The position numbers and the translations under genes are program-made. The notes beneath the pieces are model-generated. The model searched no databases. It was given only the letters and a program-made list of their open reading frames with translations, and was not told the origin of the DNA. 64,000 nt of DNA from Chiloscyllium plagiosum. Its lineage: Eukaryota. Shown piece after piece: positions 35,701 through 46,040 of the stretch (within the stretch, counting starts at the first letter, position 1; the number at the start of each line of letters is the position of its first letter). The stretch covers positions 10,768,991-10,832,990 of the forward strand of contig NC_057720.1 in assembly GCF_004010195.1 (NCBI RefSeq), given 5' to 3'.

Positions 35701-37535
35701 AAAAAGCATCTGGATAGGTATATGAATGTGAAAGGTTTAGAGGGATATGGGCCAAATGCTGCCAAATGTGACTAGGTTAATTTCGGATATCTGGTCAGCA
35801 TAGATGAATTGGACCAAAGGGTCTGTTTCCATGCAGTACACCTCTATGATTCGATGAGAATAGTGAGATTAATACAAGTGATGTACATTGAACTGATTTT
35901 GATCATTCCAGTGGGTAAAAAAAGCACCATTCCCTTTTTTGAACACACTACCTTCCACCACAAACTAACTGATGAATTGTTGATGAAGACTTTCCTAATA
36001 AGCTCACACTGCCTTGTGAGGTAGTGCACTCCTTCAAACCTGCTTCACCAATATCTTCATTTAACACTTTATTGACTTGAATGTGATCCCTTCTGAGCTG
36101 ATTGAAGAGCCCCTGTTTACTAATGCATTATTATCTTTGTAAAAACAAATTAATTAACAAGGCAGCATATCTAATTGTGGCTCGTTAAAGGAACAGAGTT
36201 GTCACTGGGAAATGAGAGATTCTTTCTACTTGGCTCATGGTGAGCTGCTCTCTCAATCTATGGGATGATCATGTCTGACCAAACAATGGCAACACAGCAG
36301 TGCTCTCCTGACTGTTTGAGGGTTTAGATGATTACATGCCAGGAGTTAAAGTAAAAGGAAAAGTCAACTTAGCCCATGGACTGTGGGGTTACTCTTACGT
36401 TAGAGAGAGATGACTGCTGGTGAGTTTAACCGGAGTGTCACCATGCTACAGGTGAGGGGAGAGATTGAGAAAGTTGGACCTTTATGGTAACCTGAGCCAA
36501 TATGGGAATTGACCTTGCACTGTTGTTCTTTGTGCACATTTAAGAAACGTCTTGCCAAAGTGTGACTACACTGTGTGAGTTTAAAAAGCTCTCTCCCTCC
36601 CAGGAAAAGAGTGTGTAATCCAAAGGGGCTGCACTGAAGGTCCACCTGTTCTACTTGGTAAACCATCAGGAGACTATAGTTTTCCCAAGTCAAACACGAT
36701 TAAAGATTTTGATCGGGCAAATCCAGATAAATCACCTTCTCTGGTGGGAGAATCCAGAACCAGAGGTCAGAACCTTCCAGAAAAATTGAGCTAAGATATT
36801 CATGGTTGATGCATGAAAAATCTCTTTACACGGAGGAACTCTCCTTCTTCAAAAAGCTATTGATGGCGAGGGTCAATTGAAACTGTTAAAATAGAGACTG
36901 ATAGATTATTGTTTAGTGAGGAGATTACTGGCTACAAGGTGGGTAGATCAAAGAGGTCAGAACCTTCCAGAAAAATGGAGCTAAGATATTCATGGTTGAT
37001 GCATGAAAAATCTCTTTACACAGAGGAACTCTCCCTCTTCAAAAAGCTATTGATGGCGAGGGTCAATTGAAACTGTTAAAATAGAGACTGATAGAATATT
37101 GTTTAGTGAGGAGATTACTGGCTACAAGGTGGGTAGATCAAACTAAACCACAGACCCAGCCAGAGAGTAACTGGGTGTGATGACAGGATTGAGACAGCTG
37201 AAGGTTGGATGTTACTGTAACACACAAGCCCACGGATGGTCACAAAAGAATGCTCATCGACTGCCAGTTTGTTAAAGAATTCTCTTTCAATTTCTTTACC
37301 TACAGTATCAATGATAAATAAAACGACTAAACACAGTCATTGATTGCAATAGGGATTCAGCTACTGGTCCTACCTGAATTTTTGTAATGAGCATTGGATC
37401 CTCTGGTATTCCAGGGTTAATAGCAATGACGACATTTTCGTAACCATTATTCACCAGTTTCACATCAGAACATTTTACACCATAGACACAAACCAAGCAC
37501 ACGAGGGAGAGGAGAAATATCTTGATAGACTTCAT
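5280..37535 (-). CDS. CLCA: CLCA family gene copy A (calcium-activated chloride channel regulator, membrane-anchored type), 14 coding exons; exon 4 truncated so possibly a pseudogene
   Basis: Spliced exons give signal peptide, NNGYENVVIAI, PYTLQYGQCG, HEWAHLQWGVFDE, Cys-rich segment, vWA (DTSGS, GGTNIC, LLTDGED), DGVYSRYF, AMYIPG, WTAPGDDLDQG and a C-terminal TM. Splice phases are consistent except at the missing exon 4 donor. Orthology to CLCA1/2/4 cannot be assigned by eye. Confidence 0.95.
5419..5520 (-). repeat. Coding 18-bp tandem repeat (PTQSSQ-type) in CLCA copy A stalk
   Basis: PTQSSQ PTQSSQ ATQSSQ TTQSSQ ATQSFR PTQ; copy B exon is 72 bp shorter. Confidence 0.9.
6918..7250 (-). mobile_element. 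CR1 LINE 3' end
   Basis: FTQRVIRVWNELPEEVVEAGTI; paralog at 53955-54270. Confidence 0.85.
7385..7720 (+). mobile_element. tRNA-derived SINE
   Basis: GGTTAGCACTGCTGCCTCACAG head, CCGGTTTCCTCCCAC core; paralog at 54403-55120 is interrupted. Confidence 0.8.
8000..8236 (-). CDS. CLCA: CLCA copy A coding exon 13 (FnIII-like start)
   Basis: TCGCAG|(G)QIHPNPPKP...FPPSKIKDLRA...LKWTAPGDDLDQGT|GTAATT; 237 bp. Confidence 0.93.
8700..11870 (+). mobile_element. Long degenerate CR1 LINE (ORF1 esterase, APE endonuclease, RT, 3' tail) with N gap 9823-9967
   Basis: IVLGDSLIRG, VHIGTSDIG, IAITETWL, GDFNFP, PQGSVLG, SKFADDTK; boundaries approximate. Confidence 0.85.
12122..12335. mobile_element. Palindromic Penelope-derived element (hammerhead-type family A)
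   Basis: Inverted arms about 12153-12240 and 12247-12335; absent at the paralogous site in copy B (about 56610). Confidence 0.75.
14192..14359 (-). CDS. CLCA: CLCA copy A coding exon 12 (self-cleavage region AMYIPG)
   Basis: CTTTAG|(G)ADAVRNDGVYSRYFTEFLGNGRYTIKVSVQGKDGIVRLTTRKQSHAMYIPGYVRN(G)|GTAAGG; 168 bp; not in the ORF track. Confidence 0.93.
14488..14758 (-). CDS. CLCA: CLCA copy A coding exon 11
   Basis: CATCAG|SGAWMYSIQN...VTSRAA...FPNPLIIFAEVSQGFLPV...LELLDNGG(G)|GTAAAT; 271 bp. Confidence 0.93.
14852..15073 (-). CDS. CLCA: CLCA copy A coding exon 10
   Basis: TTGCAG|LESSGKSIASNDWFNGTVFIDKSVGKNTFFVVTW...ARLPIPGLAH|GTATGG; 222 bp. Confidence 0.93.
15170..15276 (-). CDS. CLCA: CLCA copy A coding exon 9
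   Basis: CTTTAG|(G)GLQYAATDNLDENGLVDAFTGLVSGNGNMSQQSIQ|GTTTGA; 107 bp. Confidence 0.92.
15385..15893 (+). mobile_element. CR1 LINE 3' fragment
   Basis: ERVQRRFTRMLPGLEGLPYEERL; absent in copy B. Confidence 0.88.
16105..17340 (-). mobile_element. Stacked CR1 LINE 3' fragments
   Basis: SKFADDT, WEIMLQLYRILV and CR1 3' tails. Confidence 0.8.
18030..18638 (+). mobile_element. CR1 LINE 3' fragment
   Basis: FTQRVVRVWNELPEEVMEAGTIATFK; paralog at 63730-64000. Confidence 0.88.
18693..18870 (-). CDS. CLCA: CLCA copy A coding exon 8 (vWA), GC splice donor
   Basis: TTACAG|VLSGDDGSTNGDEIVLLTDGEDSGISSC...IHTIALGPKAAKELEQLSSKT(G)|GCATGT; 178 bp. Confidence 0.9.
18956..19180 (-). CDS. CLCA: CLCA copy A coding exon 7 (vWA)
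   Basis: TTGCAG|ENRIQRLQQAAGIFLLQII...GGTNICEGVRAGFQ|GTAAGT; 225 bp. Confidence 0.93.
21537..21758 (-). CDS. CLCA: CLCA copy A coding exon 6 (start of vWA, MIDAS DxSxS)
   Basis: TTGCAG|VVDFCDNKTHNREAPNMQNKMC...RVLCLVLDTSGSMSS|GTATGA; 222 bp. Confidence 0.93.
22490..22818 (+). mobile_element. tRNA-derived SINE (degenerate)
   Basis: GTGGTTAGCACTG head, CCCACAGTCCAGACATGTGCAGGTTAG core. Confidence 0.75.
23706..23865 (-). CDS. CLCA: CLCA copy A coding exon 5 (Cys-rich)
   Basis: ATCTAG|(x)CSKEMKGLKVSCTGGACGTCDPSTGLPDADCNFFPDQNQVTSTSIMYTTGLPG|GTAAGT; 160 bp. Confidence 0.9.
24687..26108 (-). mobile_element. CR1 LINE (RT + 3' end) nested in antisense orientation
   Basis: ANVVPLFQKG...NYRPVSLTS, YMDFSKAF, RPLLEYCMQFW. 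Confidence 0.9.
27085..27520 (-). mobile_element. Penelope-like element 3' fragment (GIY-YIG C-terminus + pLTR with hammerhead motif 27128-27161)
   Basis: GQTGRKLSTRIHEH...HFDWDNTSILGQAK...LEAWHS; CTGAAGA...GAAACGTC. Confidence 0.8.
27842..28066. mobile_element. Palindromic Penelope-derived element with 12-bp TSD
   Basis: Near-perfect arms of about 90 bp; TSD ACTATAGAATGG at 27830-27841 and 28067-28078. Confidence 0.88.
27938..27965 (+). ncRNA. Minimal hammerhead ribozyme motif (family A)
   Basis: CUGAUGA-A-GGGC-UUUU-GCCC-GAAA-CG-UC; stem I weak. Confidence 0.65.
30215..30344 (+). mobile_element. 3'-truncated tRNA-derived SINE fused to CLCA exon 4
   Basis: SINE head and body stop at TCCTCCGGGTG, where the copy at 7385-7720 continues CTCCGGTTTCC. 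Confidence 0.85.
30345..30402 (-). CDS. CLCA: CLCA copy A coding exon 4 remnant (HEXXH metalloprotease active site), 3' part missing
   Basis: TTTACAG|(G)SVLVHEWAHLQWGVFDEH, then runs directly into antisense SINE sequence; no CLCA continuation or phase-2 donor seen. Confidence 0.88.
30830..31670 (+). mobile_element. CR1 LINE 3' fragment, interrupted by a palindromic family-B element at about 31181-31350
   Basis: FSLEHRRLMGDLIEVHKI, WNELPEEVVEAG. Confidence 0.82.
31691..32074 (+). mobile_element. Penelope-derived element (family B) with 13-bp TSD
   Basis: TSD TTCTACAAAGTAA at 31678-31690 and 32075-32087; hammerhead near the 3' end. Confidence 0.8.
31987..32021 (+). ncRNA. Minimal hammerhead ribozyme motif (family B), all core positions intact
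   Basis: CAC-CUGAUGA-A-GGAGC-GUC-GCUCC-GAAA-GC-UA-GUG: stem I CAC/GUG, 5-bp stem II, palindromic AGCU. Confidence 0.72.
32200..32350 (-). CDS. CLCA: CLCA copy A coding exon 3
   Basis: TTCTAG|ANVIIANPHTQYGDDPYTLQYGQCGDKGRYIHFTQNFMLDDALIQVYGER(G)|GTAACA; 151 bp. Confidence 0.93.
32913..33053 (-). CDS. CLCA: CLCA copy A coding exon 2
   Basis: TTTTAG|EMVRSASNFLYKATKHRAYFRDVKILLPITWNSQPNYQRPSTQSYEK|GTAAAA; 141 bp; not in the ORF track. Confidence 0.92.
33695..34065 (+). mobile_element. Penelope-derived family A 3' segment with hammerhead motif 33938-33965, nested in a family-B palindrome (about 33450-34120)
   Basis: C-rich tract followed by CTGAAGAAGGGCTAATGCCCGAAACGTC. Confidence 0.7.
34350..35205. 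mobile_element. Family B element with inverted repeats of about 175 bp and an internal (CA)n tract
   Basis: 34375-34550 is the reverse complement of 35030-35205; hammerhead cores decayed. Confidence 0.75.
34551..34710 (+). repeat. (CA)n microsatellite and degenerate CA-rich tract
   Basis: Direct reading. Confidence 0.9.
35210..35855 (+). mobile_element. CR1 LINE 3' fragment
   Basis: MQFWSPCYRTDVVKLERVQKRLTRML. Confidence 0.88.
36762..37141 (+). repeat. Tandem duplication, 2 x 190 bp, of a degenerate CR1 tail in intron 1
   Basis: 36762-36951 and 36952-37141 differ at only a few positions. Confidence 0.9.
37374..37535 (-). CDS. CLCA: CLCA copy A coding exon 1 (signal peptide, N-terminus)
   Basis: MKSIKIFLLSLVCLVCVYGVKCSDVKLVNNGYENVVIAINPGIPEDPMLITKIQ; 162 bp; donor CAG|GTAGG. 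Confidence 0.9.
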
Positions 37536-37595
37536 TTTTGAAATCCAACCAGTGCACCCTTTAGTCCCAAGTGGCACGGCTATGAAGTTACTGCA

Positions 37596-37602
37596 ATTTA
37601 TA
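37596..37602 (-). promoter_or_regulatory. Putative TATA box (TATAAAT) of CLCA copy A
   Basis: About 60 bp upstream of the ATG in non-repetitive DNA; an AP-1-like TGAGTCA lies at 37723-37729. Confidence 0.4.
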
Positions 37603-38721
37603 TTGATCTGCATCAAAACATTTTAGATCAGCTGTACATTTATTGCTGACATCTGATCCTGTATAATAAGGAAATCATCTTCAGAAATTCTTCAACAGCT
37701 TAACATACTGCATTTCCATAGATGAGTCACATCAGAGCTCTGGATGGGATCTTTCATTTGGTCAAGGTTCAGGTACAGGCACAGATGCCCTAAATGAGTA
37801 TGATACTGTGGTTTTAATGGAGATTTGGCTAAAAACAGGACAGGTCTAGTTTCTAAATATTTCTAGTATATGAAAAAAATGAGGAGAAAGTACTGATTAA
37901 AGATAATATCACAGGGTGGAGGAGATAATGGTCCAGAGGATTCAGGTACAATAGTCAAGATCTGCATTCATGGGCTGGTTAGTGGGATTTTGCGGTATTC
38001 TTGGATTTGTATATCTGACTTTGGAGAAAATGGCTGTGAAGGTGTGATCTCCAAAGCCAGCTGGGAATGAGGCAACCACAGGGGCTTTCAGGTTTGGAAG
38101 TGACTATTCCAAGGGAGACCTAACCCACCAAATCTTCTGACTTGCCTCACACTGCACCATGGCCTTTCAGGAACCCCATGTCAAAATGCAGCACTTTTAG
38201 CTCATTCAACCACATTCTGTAGAAGCAGTTAAACCTATTGTGACAAAAGGATGTGCACAAAAAGCTCTCAAAAATAACTTCAGTCAGTACTTTTCACGAA
38301 ACAAACTGTCAGTCATCCAGATCTGTTGAAATATCAATAGTAGAAACTATATGCACTCAAAACCTCTTCAACTTGCATACAGAAACCTTGTGTAATTGAC
38401 AGAAGAGATCAGTGAACTAGAGCTATCAATCAAACAATGATTTCCCTGGGACTCAGTTGTGTCTGTACTCAAATGAACGCCTGGGTTCTCAAGCAGAAGT
38501 GTATATATAATGAGACTTCTGAATTGATCAGCTTTGCCACAACCTAGCAAAGGGAATGGTTTGGCACATTCTACAAAGTAACTAACTTCCCCAAAGTGGT
38601 GCATGTTGTCAATATAACCAATATCCCATTGAAGACCACAAATGATGCAGCTGTTATATATATGTAAACAAGAAGTGGTTTGGCTCATTAAATGTGATGA
38701 GTCAATTGAGGATCTTAAATG

Positions 38722-38938
38722 AAAGAAAGTGAGGACTGCAGATGCTGGAGATCAGAGTGGAGAGTGTAGTGCTGGGAAAGCACAGCAGGTCAGGCAACAT
38801 CCGAGGAGCAGGAGATATTTCGGGTATAAGCCTTTCATCAGGAATGAGTGATGAAGGGCTTATGCCCAAAACATCGACTCTTCTACTCCTCGGATGCTAC
38901 CTGACCTGCTGTACTTTTCCAGCGCCACACATTTCGAC
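38722..38938. mobile_element. Palindromic family A element (degenerate)
   Basis: Inverted arms around CTTTCATCAGG...TGATGAAGGG. Confidence 0.7.
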
Positions 38939-41900
38939 TGGGGGTCTTGAATGTCAGTGCAGGTCATTGAGGACATACCCATGGAGCCTTCAGATTCTGA
39001 CACTCAGATTTACATGACACCCACAGTAGATTGCAGATAAATGGCAATAAAACACACTGTTGAATCTCTGCTAATGCACCTTATCCTGATTTATCACCAT
39101 ATTTTCAAGAGCAGCTTGGGATAGGCAATAAATGCTGGCCAGCCGGCAACGCCCCTGATAAATGGCCTGCTCCTCTTCCTATTTCAGATGGTTTTAAGGT
39201 TTTATTAGATGGGAGAATAAAGGCAGTCATAGCTTCTGGGGAAGAGAGGAATTTGGAACTCTGGAATTTAGACAGTGATTAGGATGACAAACTGCCTCCT
39301 CCCTCTCTCTTCCCATAAAGTCACATGCAATCGTCAGCAAGATTGAAAGGAAATTGGTGATCTATTATTGAAGAAGAAACTATTCATTGCAAAACATCTA
39401 AGTGAAACATTACCTAAACCTGAGGTGCTAAGTGAAATACTAAATACAAATTGAGTTAACTAGCTACTCACTATTTTGTAAAAATAGTAACATTAAATGG
39501 TTGATATTCACTGAAAATAAAGTAAGTTTAAGATGATTCCTGTTGAAGGTTAAGTGTTAACGCAACAAAGTCAACTACAATACATTACACAGAGGAGGAT
39601 GAAGAAGGTTGGGGGCAGGGAATGTGAATGACGGAAAACAATGTGCTAATTGTTGCAATCTTGGCTGCTCATGCAGCACTGAGTCTTGAATTTCCTTTGG
39701 AAAAATGAGATAAAATATGAACTAATTCCATATAATTTTAACATGATTTTGAATTCCATCATCTGAGTTAATACCTGGAACTCTCATGGACTGAAACAGA
39801 TTTCACAAAGGAGCCAACATTATTGAATTAGGCTGCTGAACTGGTCAGGCTTCATGAATTAAACAGTTAATATTTTAAGTCCTAATATCTAAGTTTAATG
39901 TCTGAAGTTAATAATTTCCCAAGTAACGTGAAATTAGCCAGAAAGCCCACTCTGGGAACTTTGATACCTTCTGCTTTGTACCATCATGAGAATCATCACA
40001 AGTTGGAAATGAAACACCATCTTCAGACAGAATAAGAAAAAAACTGCAATGTTAACATACAAGCAGAGGAGGTGGATTTCTGATAGCAGAACTGAGACAG
40101 ACTAGCGAAGACATTCCTTTTCTCTTAAGAAAAAGTACCAGTGACAACATAATTGGAACGAAACAACAAGAAAGCAAGAACTTGAAAATTAACATTAACA
40201 ATTTTACTGCTGATGGTCCCAAAAAGTGAAAAATCCAAACATGGTCTCAGGCTAAACCCTTATTGCTGAAGGACTCAAAGTTCTGTAAACTGTGCATTCT
40301 TTTCTCTGCCTTTTGTACTGAATACCTTATAATTTTGTTTGTGTGTGGGTGTATGAGAGAGAGAAAGAGAGAGACTGAGAGAGCCCAAAAAACTGCAGAA
40401 AAATCACATGCTCAATGTCTTTTTTTTCACAGATGGTGCAGGTAATAAAACTTGTTATTCCTTTAACACAAGAAATCCTTGCAATTGGCAGCTTACTGCT
40501 ACAATAAAATTGGTATATTTCATTTGGGCCAAGATATTGCTGTGTGTAAAGGAGGAAATTAAACCTTTGCCCCCAATCTGGAAAGTTAAAAGCAGGGAAT
40601 CAGTTCATGTTTCCTCATCTGATCCAAAACCTTTGGTGTTTAAGAATATTCTGATTTCCCATCAATCTACTTTGTCTTCAAGGAGCCACTAAAAACCTAA
40701 GATTAGGCATCAAATTAATATTGTATTGACCCCTGACCTCCCGATATTGATGATGGCAGGGGTTGAGCAATGGCAATGCTGTTGAATATCAATGGTAAGT
40801 GGTCATGGCTTGAAACTTAAATAGTAAGTAACATTTTTGCTACATTTCAGACCAAGCTTGAACCCTGTTTAGCTCCTGCTCTATCCAGATATCGACCACA
40901 GGAGTTCTAAATAATACTGATCACAGTGAAATCATTAAGGATTATTCTACGTCCAACATTGCGAGAGAAGGTAGACCACTGATGAAGCAGCTGAAAGAGG
41001 TTGGGTTTAGCACACTGGGCATATCCAGTAATGTGGAATGGGATCAATGAACATGTATTGTTTAGACGGTAGTCGTTTAGCCATGTGGAAATGAGACATT
41101 AAACGAATTTACGTAAATTCACAGAGAAGTATAATAAAACTGATAGTATCTGGGCATGTACTGGGGTAGGAATCAATCATAAACTTCCTTTGATGTATGC
41201 TATAACTCTCAGAGGCTTGGACCTCCTCCAACTTTAGTTCTTCTTTTACCTAAATACAAAGGGAAAAATTCTTCAACTTCGTTAGTGGAATATTCCGGTT
41301 GGTGGAGGGCAAGATAGCGTGAATACTATTTGTAAAGGTGATCTGACTAAGTTGCAAAGTACATTGCTGTTTGAACATAATAGGCAGTGAATCATCTCTG
41401 AACCTTCTCCTGAACAATGTCTGACCCAAAGCACCTGGATGTGCTGCAGATAAATAATGCATGTTTTCCTCCACACCTTTTCCAATTATTGATCAGGAAA
41501 TATGAAATCCCATGAGTAATAATTTGTAAGGAACAATAAAAAAAGCAATGACTTCCAGAACAAGCTTGGAAAATGTGTTCACACTCACAATTGCAATGAA
41601 AATCAATTGGCTTCTACAGAAAGCAACTAAAATAATTTAGGTCCCTGGAACAAGTTTAAGAAATTATTTTCCTCTGCATTGAGTGAGGCAACATATTAAA
41701 ACACATTGTAAGGAACCACATCTCTTCTTTTTCTTTGAACTATAAACTGGGAAATGGAAGTTGCACGCGGCTCTGTTGATAAAATAACCGAGAGAGTTCT
41801 TACAGCCCAAAGATCAACTGGGGTTCTGTGGTACACACTTCAATTAAACAAGTTTTAGTTTCTTTTGCATGTAGTGAGCTGGATACTTTAGGAGACACAG

Positions 41901-41959
41901 CAGCACCAAGAGTCTCTGAATATAACATAGCTGCGGTGTAGAAGAGGTAAGCTCCAGAT

Positions 41960-42480
41960 GGAATAGTGCGTGCAGTTTTTGTTGCCACACAACCGGAAGG
42001 ATGTGATTGTACTGGAGAGGCTGCGGAGGAGATTCACCAGCATGTTGCCAGTGTTGAAACTTATCAGTTACGATGGGCGACTGGATAGGCTGGGTTTGCT
42101 TTCCTTAGACAGAGAAAGCAGGGTTGGAGGGGGCAGACTGATATATACAAAATTATGAAAGGAACAAGTAGAACTTTTTCCCCAGGGCAGATATGTCTCA
42201 GATCAGAGGGCATAAGTTTAAGGTGAGGAGTAAGTGGCTGAGAAGCAATCAAATGTAAAATGCTTTCAGCTAGACAGTGGTAGAAATATAGAATGGCCTG
42301 TTTGAGGGGTTGGTGAAGGAAGATGCTCTCATAACATTTACGAAGCATCTGGATGATCAATTAAAATGTGAGGGCACAGTAAGCTATGGATCAAGTTCAA
42401 GTAAATGGGATTAGTGTAGTTTGGTGTTTATTTGTCAGCACAGACAAGGTGGGCCGAAGGGCTTCTTTCTATGCAGTATG
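41960..42480 (+). mobile_element. Degenerate CR1 3' fragment
   Basis: RKDVIVLERLRRRFTSML. Confidence 0.75.
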
Positions 42481-43149
42481 ACAAACTATGATAATAGCCT
42501 TTTGCACCGGCTTAAGATGAAGGTTCATAATCCTGCAAGAAAGTGCATTGAGACACCTGTAAATAACAAATGACTAAAAGACATCCCACAGACTCTCGAG
42601 AAGGAATTCCAAAACAAAAAAAGACCGAGGTCCACTTGATCAGCTACCAATCAAACATCGACCACTGTTCGGCCACAATGTCATGTCATTATTACTAAGA
42701 ATCAAAGGAAAAGTGTGAGAAACAACTCATCCTACTTGTTTGGTCTGGCACTCTTGTGATGCAGTGTCCCTACCTCTGAACCAGAAGACCCAAGTTCAAG
42801 TCCCACCTGCTCCAAAGGATGTGTAACAATATCTCGGTACAGGTTGTTTAGAAAATATCTACTCGTGTAGTTTAGGGATTGATCTATAGATTTTTATTTT
42901 CCTTCTGTATTTTGTCACCTATAATATTTCTGTTAAGCTGTCTGTCTTTGTTTGTCTTATTGATGAATGAGTGTGTGGAGGTTTGGGTTTTAAGAGGATA
43001 TACTATTATATACTTTAAGAAGATATACTTTAATAAAAAATACTGCAAACAGGTATGTTTTTGTTGTCATTTGTTAAAGAATATGTTTGCTTGCAATAAG
43101 CAGTGATCTCCTTGTTCATGACAAAGCCTGCTGTGAATTACACTTATCC

Positions 43150-43840
43150 AATCATACAGACAAAGAGCTGTACAGCACTGGAAAAGACCCTTTGGCCCAA
43201 CTCTTCAATGCCAACCAGATATCCTAAATTATTCTAGTCCCATTTGCCAGCATTTGGCCAATAGCCCTCTAAACCCTTCCTGTTCATATACCCATCTAGC
43301 ACCTTTTAAATGTTGTAATTGCACCAACCTCCATTACACTCTGGCAGCTCATTCCATACACGCACCACCCTCTGTGTGGAAAAAGTTGCCCCTTAGGTCC
43401 CTTTTAAATTGTTCCCCTCTCACCTTCAACCTGTGCCCTCTAGTTTTGGACTCCTTTATCCTGGAGGAGCGACCTTGGCTATTCACCCTATTTATATCCC
43501 TCATGATTTTATAAACCTCTGTAAGTTTCCACTCAGCCTCAGACGCTCCAGTGAAAATAGCCCCAGCCTATTCAGCCTCTCCCTAGAGCTCATACCCTCC
43601 GACCCTGGCCACATCCTTGTACATCTTTTTTTGAACCCAAGTTTAACACATCTTTCTGACAGCAGGAAGACCAGAATTTAACACCATATTCCAAAAGCGG
43701 CCTAACCAGTGTCTGTACAGCAACAATATGACCTTCCAATTCCTATACTCAATACTCTGACCAATAAAGGCAAGCATACCAACAACTATCTGCACTATCC
43801 TATCTACCTGTGACACCACTTTCAAGGAACTATGAAACTG
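43150..43840 (-). mobile_element. CR1 LINE 3' fragment
   Basis: GMLAFIGQSIEYRNWKV; CR1 3' tail. Confidence 0.85.
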
Positions 43841-45513
43841 AACTTTAGCAGCCTGTGATAATCTTGATCGATTCGTTCGTTACATATTTATGACACTTTG
43901 TGTAATGGTGGCGCTTTGTTATCAGTGCATTCTGCCCAATTGAGTCATGACAACATGTCAGAAAGCATTAAACTCATCTGACATCTCCATAAACACTCAA
44001 ATAAATATTCACCCAGACTAGCCAGTCACTCTGGGACAGGCGGACCTGGTAATATCCTTGGTACTGTGCTCTGCCTTGCCATTCAGATTATCCCACACAT
44101 TCCTGTTGAAGGCCTTATGCCCGAAACATCGACTCTCCTGCTCCTCGGGTGCTGCCAGACCTGCTGTGCTTGCCACACTTTTCAAATCTGGATGGGTGTG
44201 TAAAGCAAATTCAAGCATGCATTACAAAGCAGCATTAAAATGTGGGAAGATAGGCCTGTCACAGAAAGTCTTCTGTTTACTGCAACTCTCTACCAGGGAC
44301 TCAAATGTCCTGTTTGGGTGAAAGCTGTCAAGTTCAAGAATTCCTTGCGGAGTCTCACTTAGAGTCAGAGCTGTACTCTGGATGTAACAGGAAGAAGTGC
44401 CTCAACAGTCAATATGTATGCAATCAACACTTTTATTAAAGAACTAATAACAATCAAAACATAAAATTATTTTAAAACTCATTCTTTATATATTGCACAT
44501 ACATACATATAAACATACACTTAAAGGAAGAAAAGCAACTTCATAGCAGCACAAATGGTAACCCCAAATTGATCTGTTCAACACAGTCCCTGAAAGAGAT
44601 AACGTTGCCCTGAATGCTAACATTACCAAGTCTCTGAATAGCCATAGACAGAGTGGACCCATCTGGTTCACTACTTTATTGATGTCCATTCCTCCACAGT
44701 CTTCGGATTATCCCACTCTGGATACTGTAATGAATGATGGAGGCAGTGCCCTGTTCAGTCAAATTTCGGGCCCCAGGGTTCAGCCTTCACCCAGACTTCC
44801 TCAAGATAAGAGAGAGTGACAATCACAAGTCTCCTGTCAACCTCCTCTCACAGGCACTAGAAGTATTGCAGACTCCACAGAACTCAAGCTCCTTATACAT
44901 CCATAAGACAACACGACATAGGAGCAGAAAGTGGGACACTCAGCCTATCCCTTTGATGAGATCTCGCTCCCAACAATCAGTTAAACTGCCCATTAATTAA
45001 ACTCCACTTCCTGACTCGACACTCTAGTTGACCACCCTGTATGCATTCAATGCTTGTATTTCAAAAATCATCAGATCAAAAACAACTTTAATTTGGGAAA
45101 TCTAGCAAGATCTGAAAACAAAACCATCAGTTCAGACAGACCAACAGCTACAAAATAGCCCTTGTGGAAATAAACAAGTTTGCACTTATTAATATTACTA
45201 GTCATCACATAATTGATTAAAAGTTCAAGTTTGACAAAGTAATGTTTAATAAAAATAACATACAGGTTGCTTTAAAATCAAAAGAAAGGAAATAAAATTC
45301 TAAATATTACACACAAAGGTTAGTGATTGTAGGTTTCAGGCTTCCAAAGCAAGTGTGGGGAGGGAGACATGGTCAGAAGCAGGAAGTAGGCCTGAGACCT
45401 CCCATGATGCCAGAGGTAACACCACCAATCTGCAGGTCCCTATGTTTGTAACAGCGTACTCTAACAGCGGACCCTCATTCTAAAATATACCAGCCCACAT
45501 CACATGATCTATT

Positions 45514-46040
45514 TCAGCCAACAATACCACTGTGTATTACCATGGGAACCAGTGAAAATTCTTCACTCTCATCAAATTTTGGACAAAAGGCAGGAAACAC
45601 CGGTTCCTTTAGTGTACAATAAAACGTGTACAAACACCGCACCGATTCTGCATCACAAACAGCAAGAATGTCACTCTCACAGTCCAGTTAGACTCCAATG
45701 TTCTCCAGTTGGTTTTTGTAGCGGAAATACATCACCTCGGTGTCGTGTTGGGCACAATAAAGGCCCCTTTCCGAGCAAGAAAACACCCACGAGTTTTCCT
45801 CAGACCCCAGTTTGCTTCCTGGAAGCATGTGTGGAATACTCTGGTAGGCTATCCCCACAGCCCAGGAAAGAATGTCTTTCACATTAACCCCCCAGTAGTG
45901 AAGTCCAGTGAGAGAGCTGCGGAAGTGTTCTGCGTTACACCACTTACTTTGCTCTGCTTCAACAACTTCAACTGCTGGACCCTTCCTGCTTATTTTCAGC
46001 TGGAGATGAGCAGTGTTCATATCCAATTGAACAACCTGAG
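45514..46040 (-). pseudogene. PRY-SPRY (B30.2) terminal exon of a TRIM-like gene with an in-frame premature stop
   Basis: Acceptor CCTTCTAG|; QVVQLDMNTAHLQLKIS...GLHYWGVNV...WAVGIAY...SWVF...Y-A-H...NIGV*LDCESDILAVCDAE...LYTF...EPVFPAF matches B30.2 motifs; TAA at 45688-45690 replaces the usual Tyr of IGVYLD. Confidence 0.8.

Noticed and set aside
37536..37616. Upstream in-frame start extending CLCA exon 1 (MMQININ...)
   Set aside because: The ATG at 37535 directly precedes a signal peptide, and the extension overlaps the putative TATA box.
44486..44950. Possible Tx1/L1-like 3' fragment
   Set aside because: Too degenerate to support by eye.
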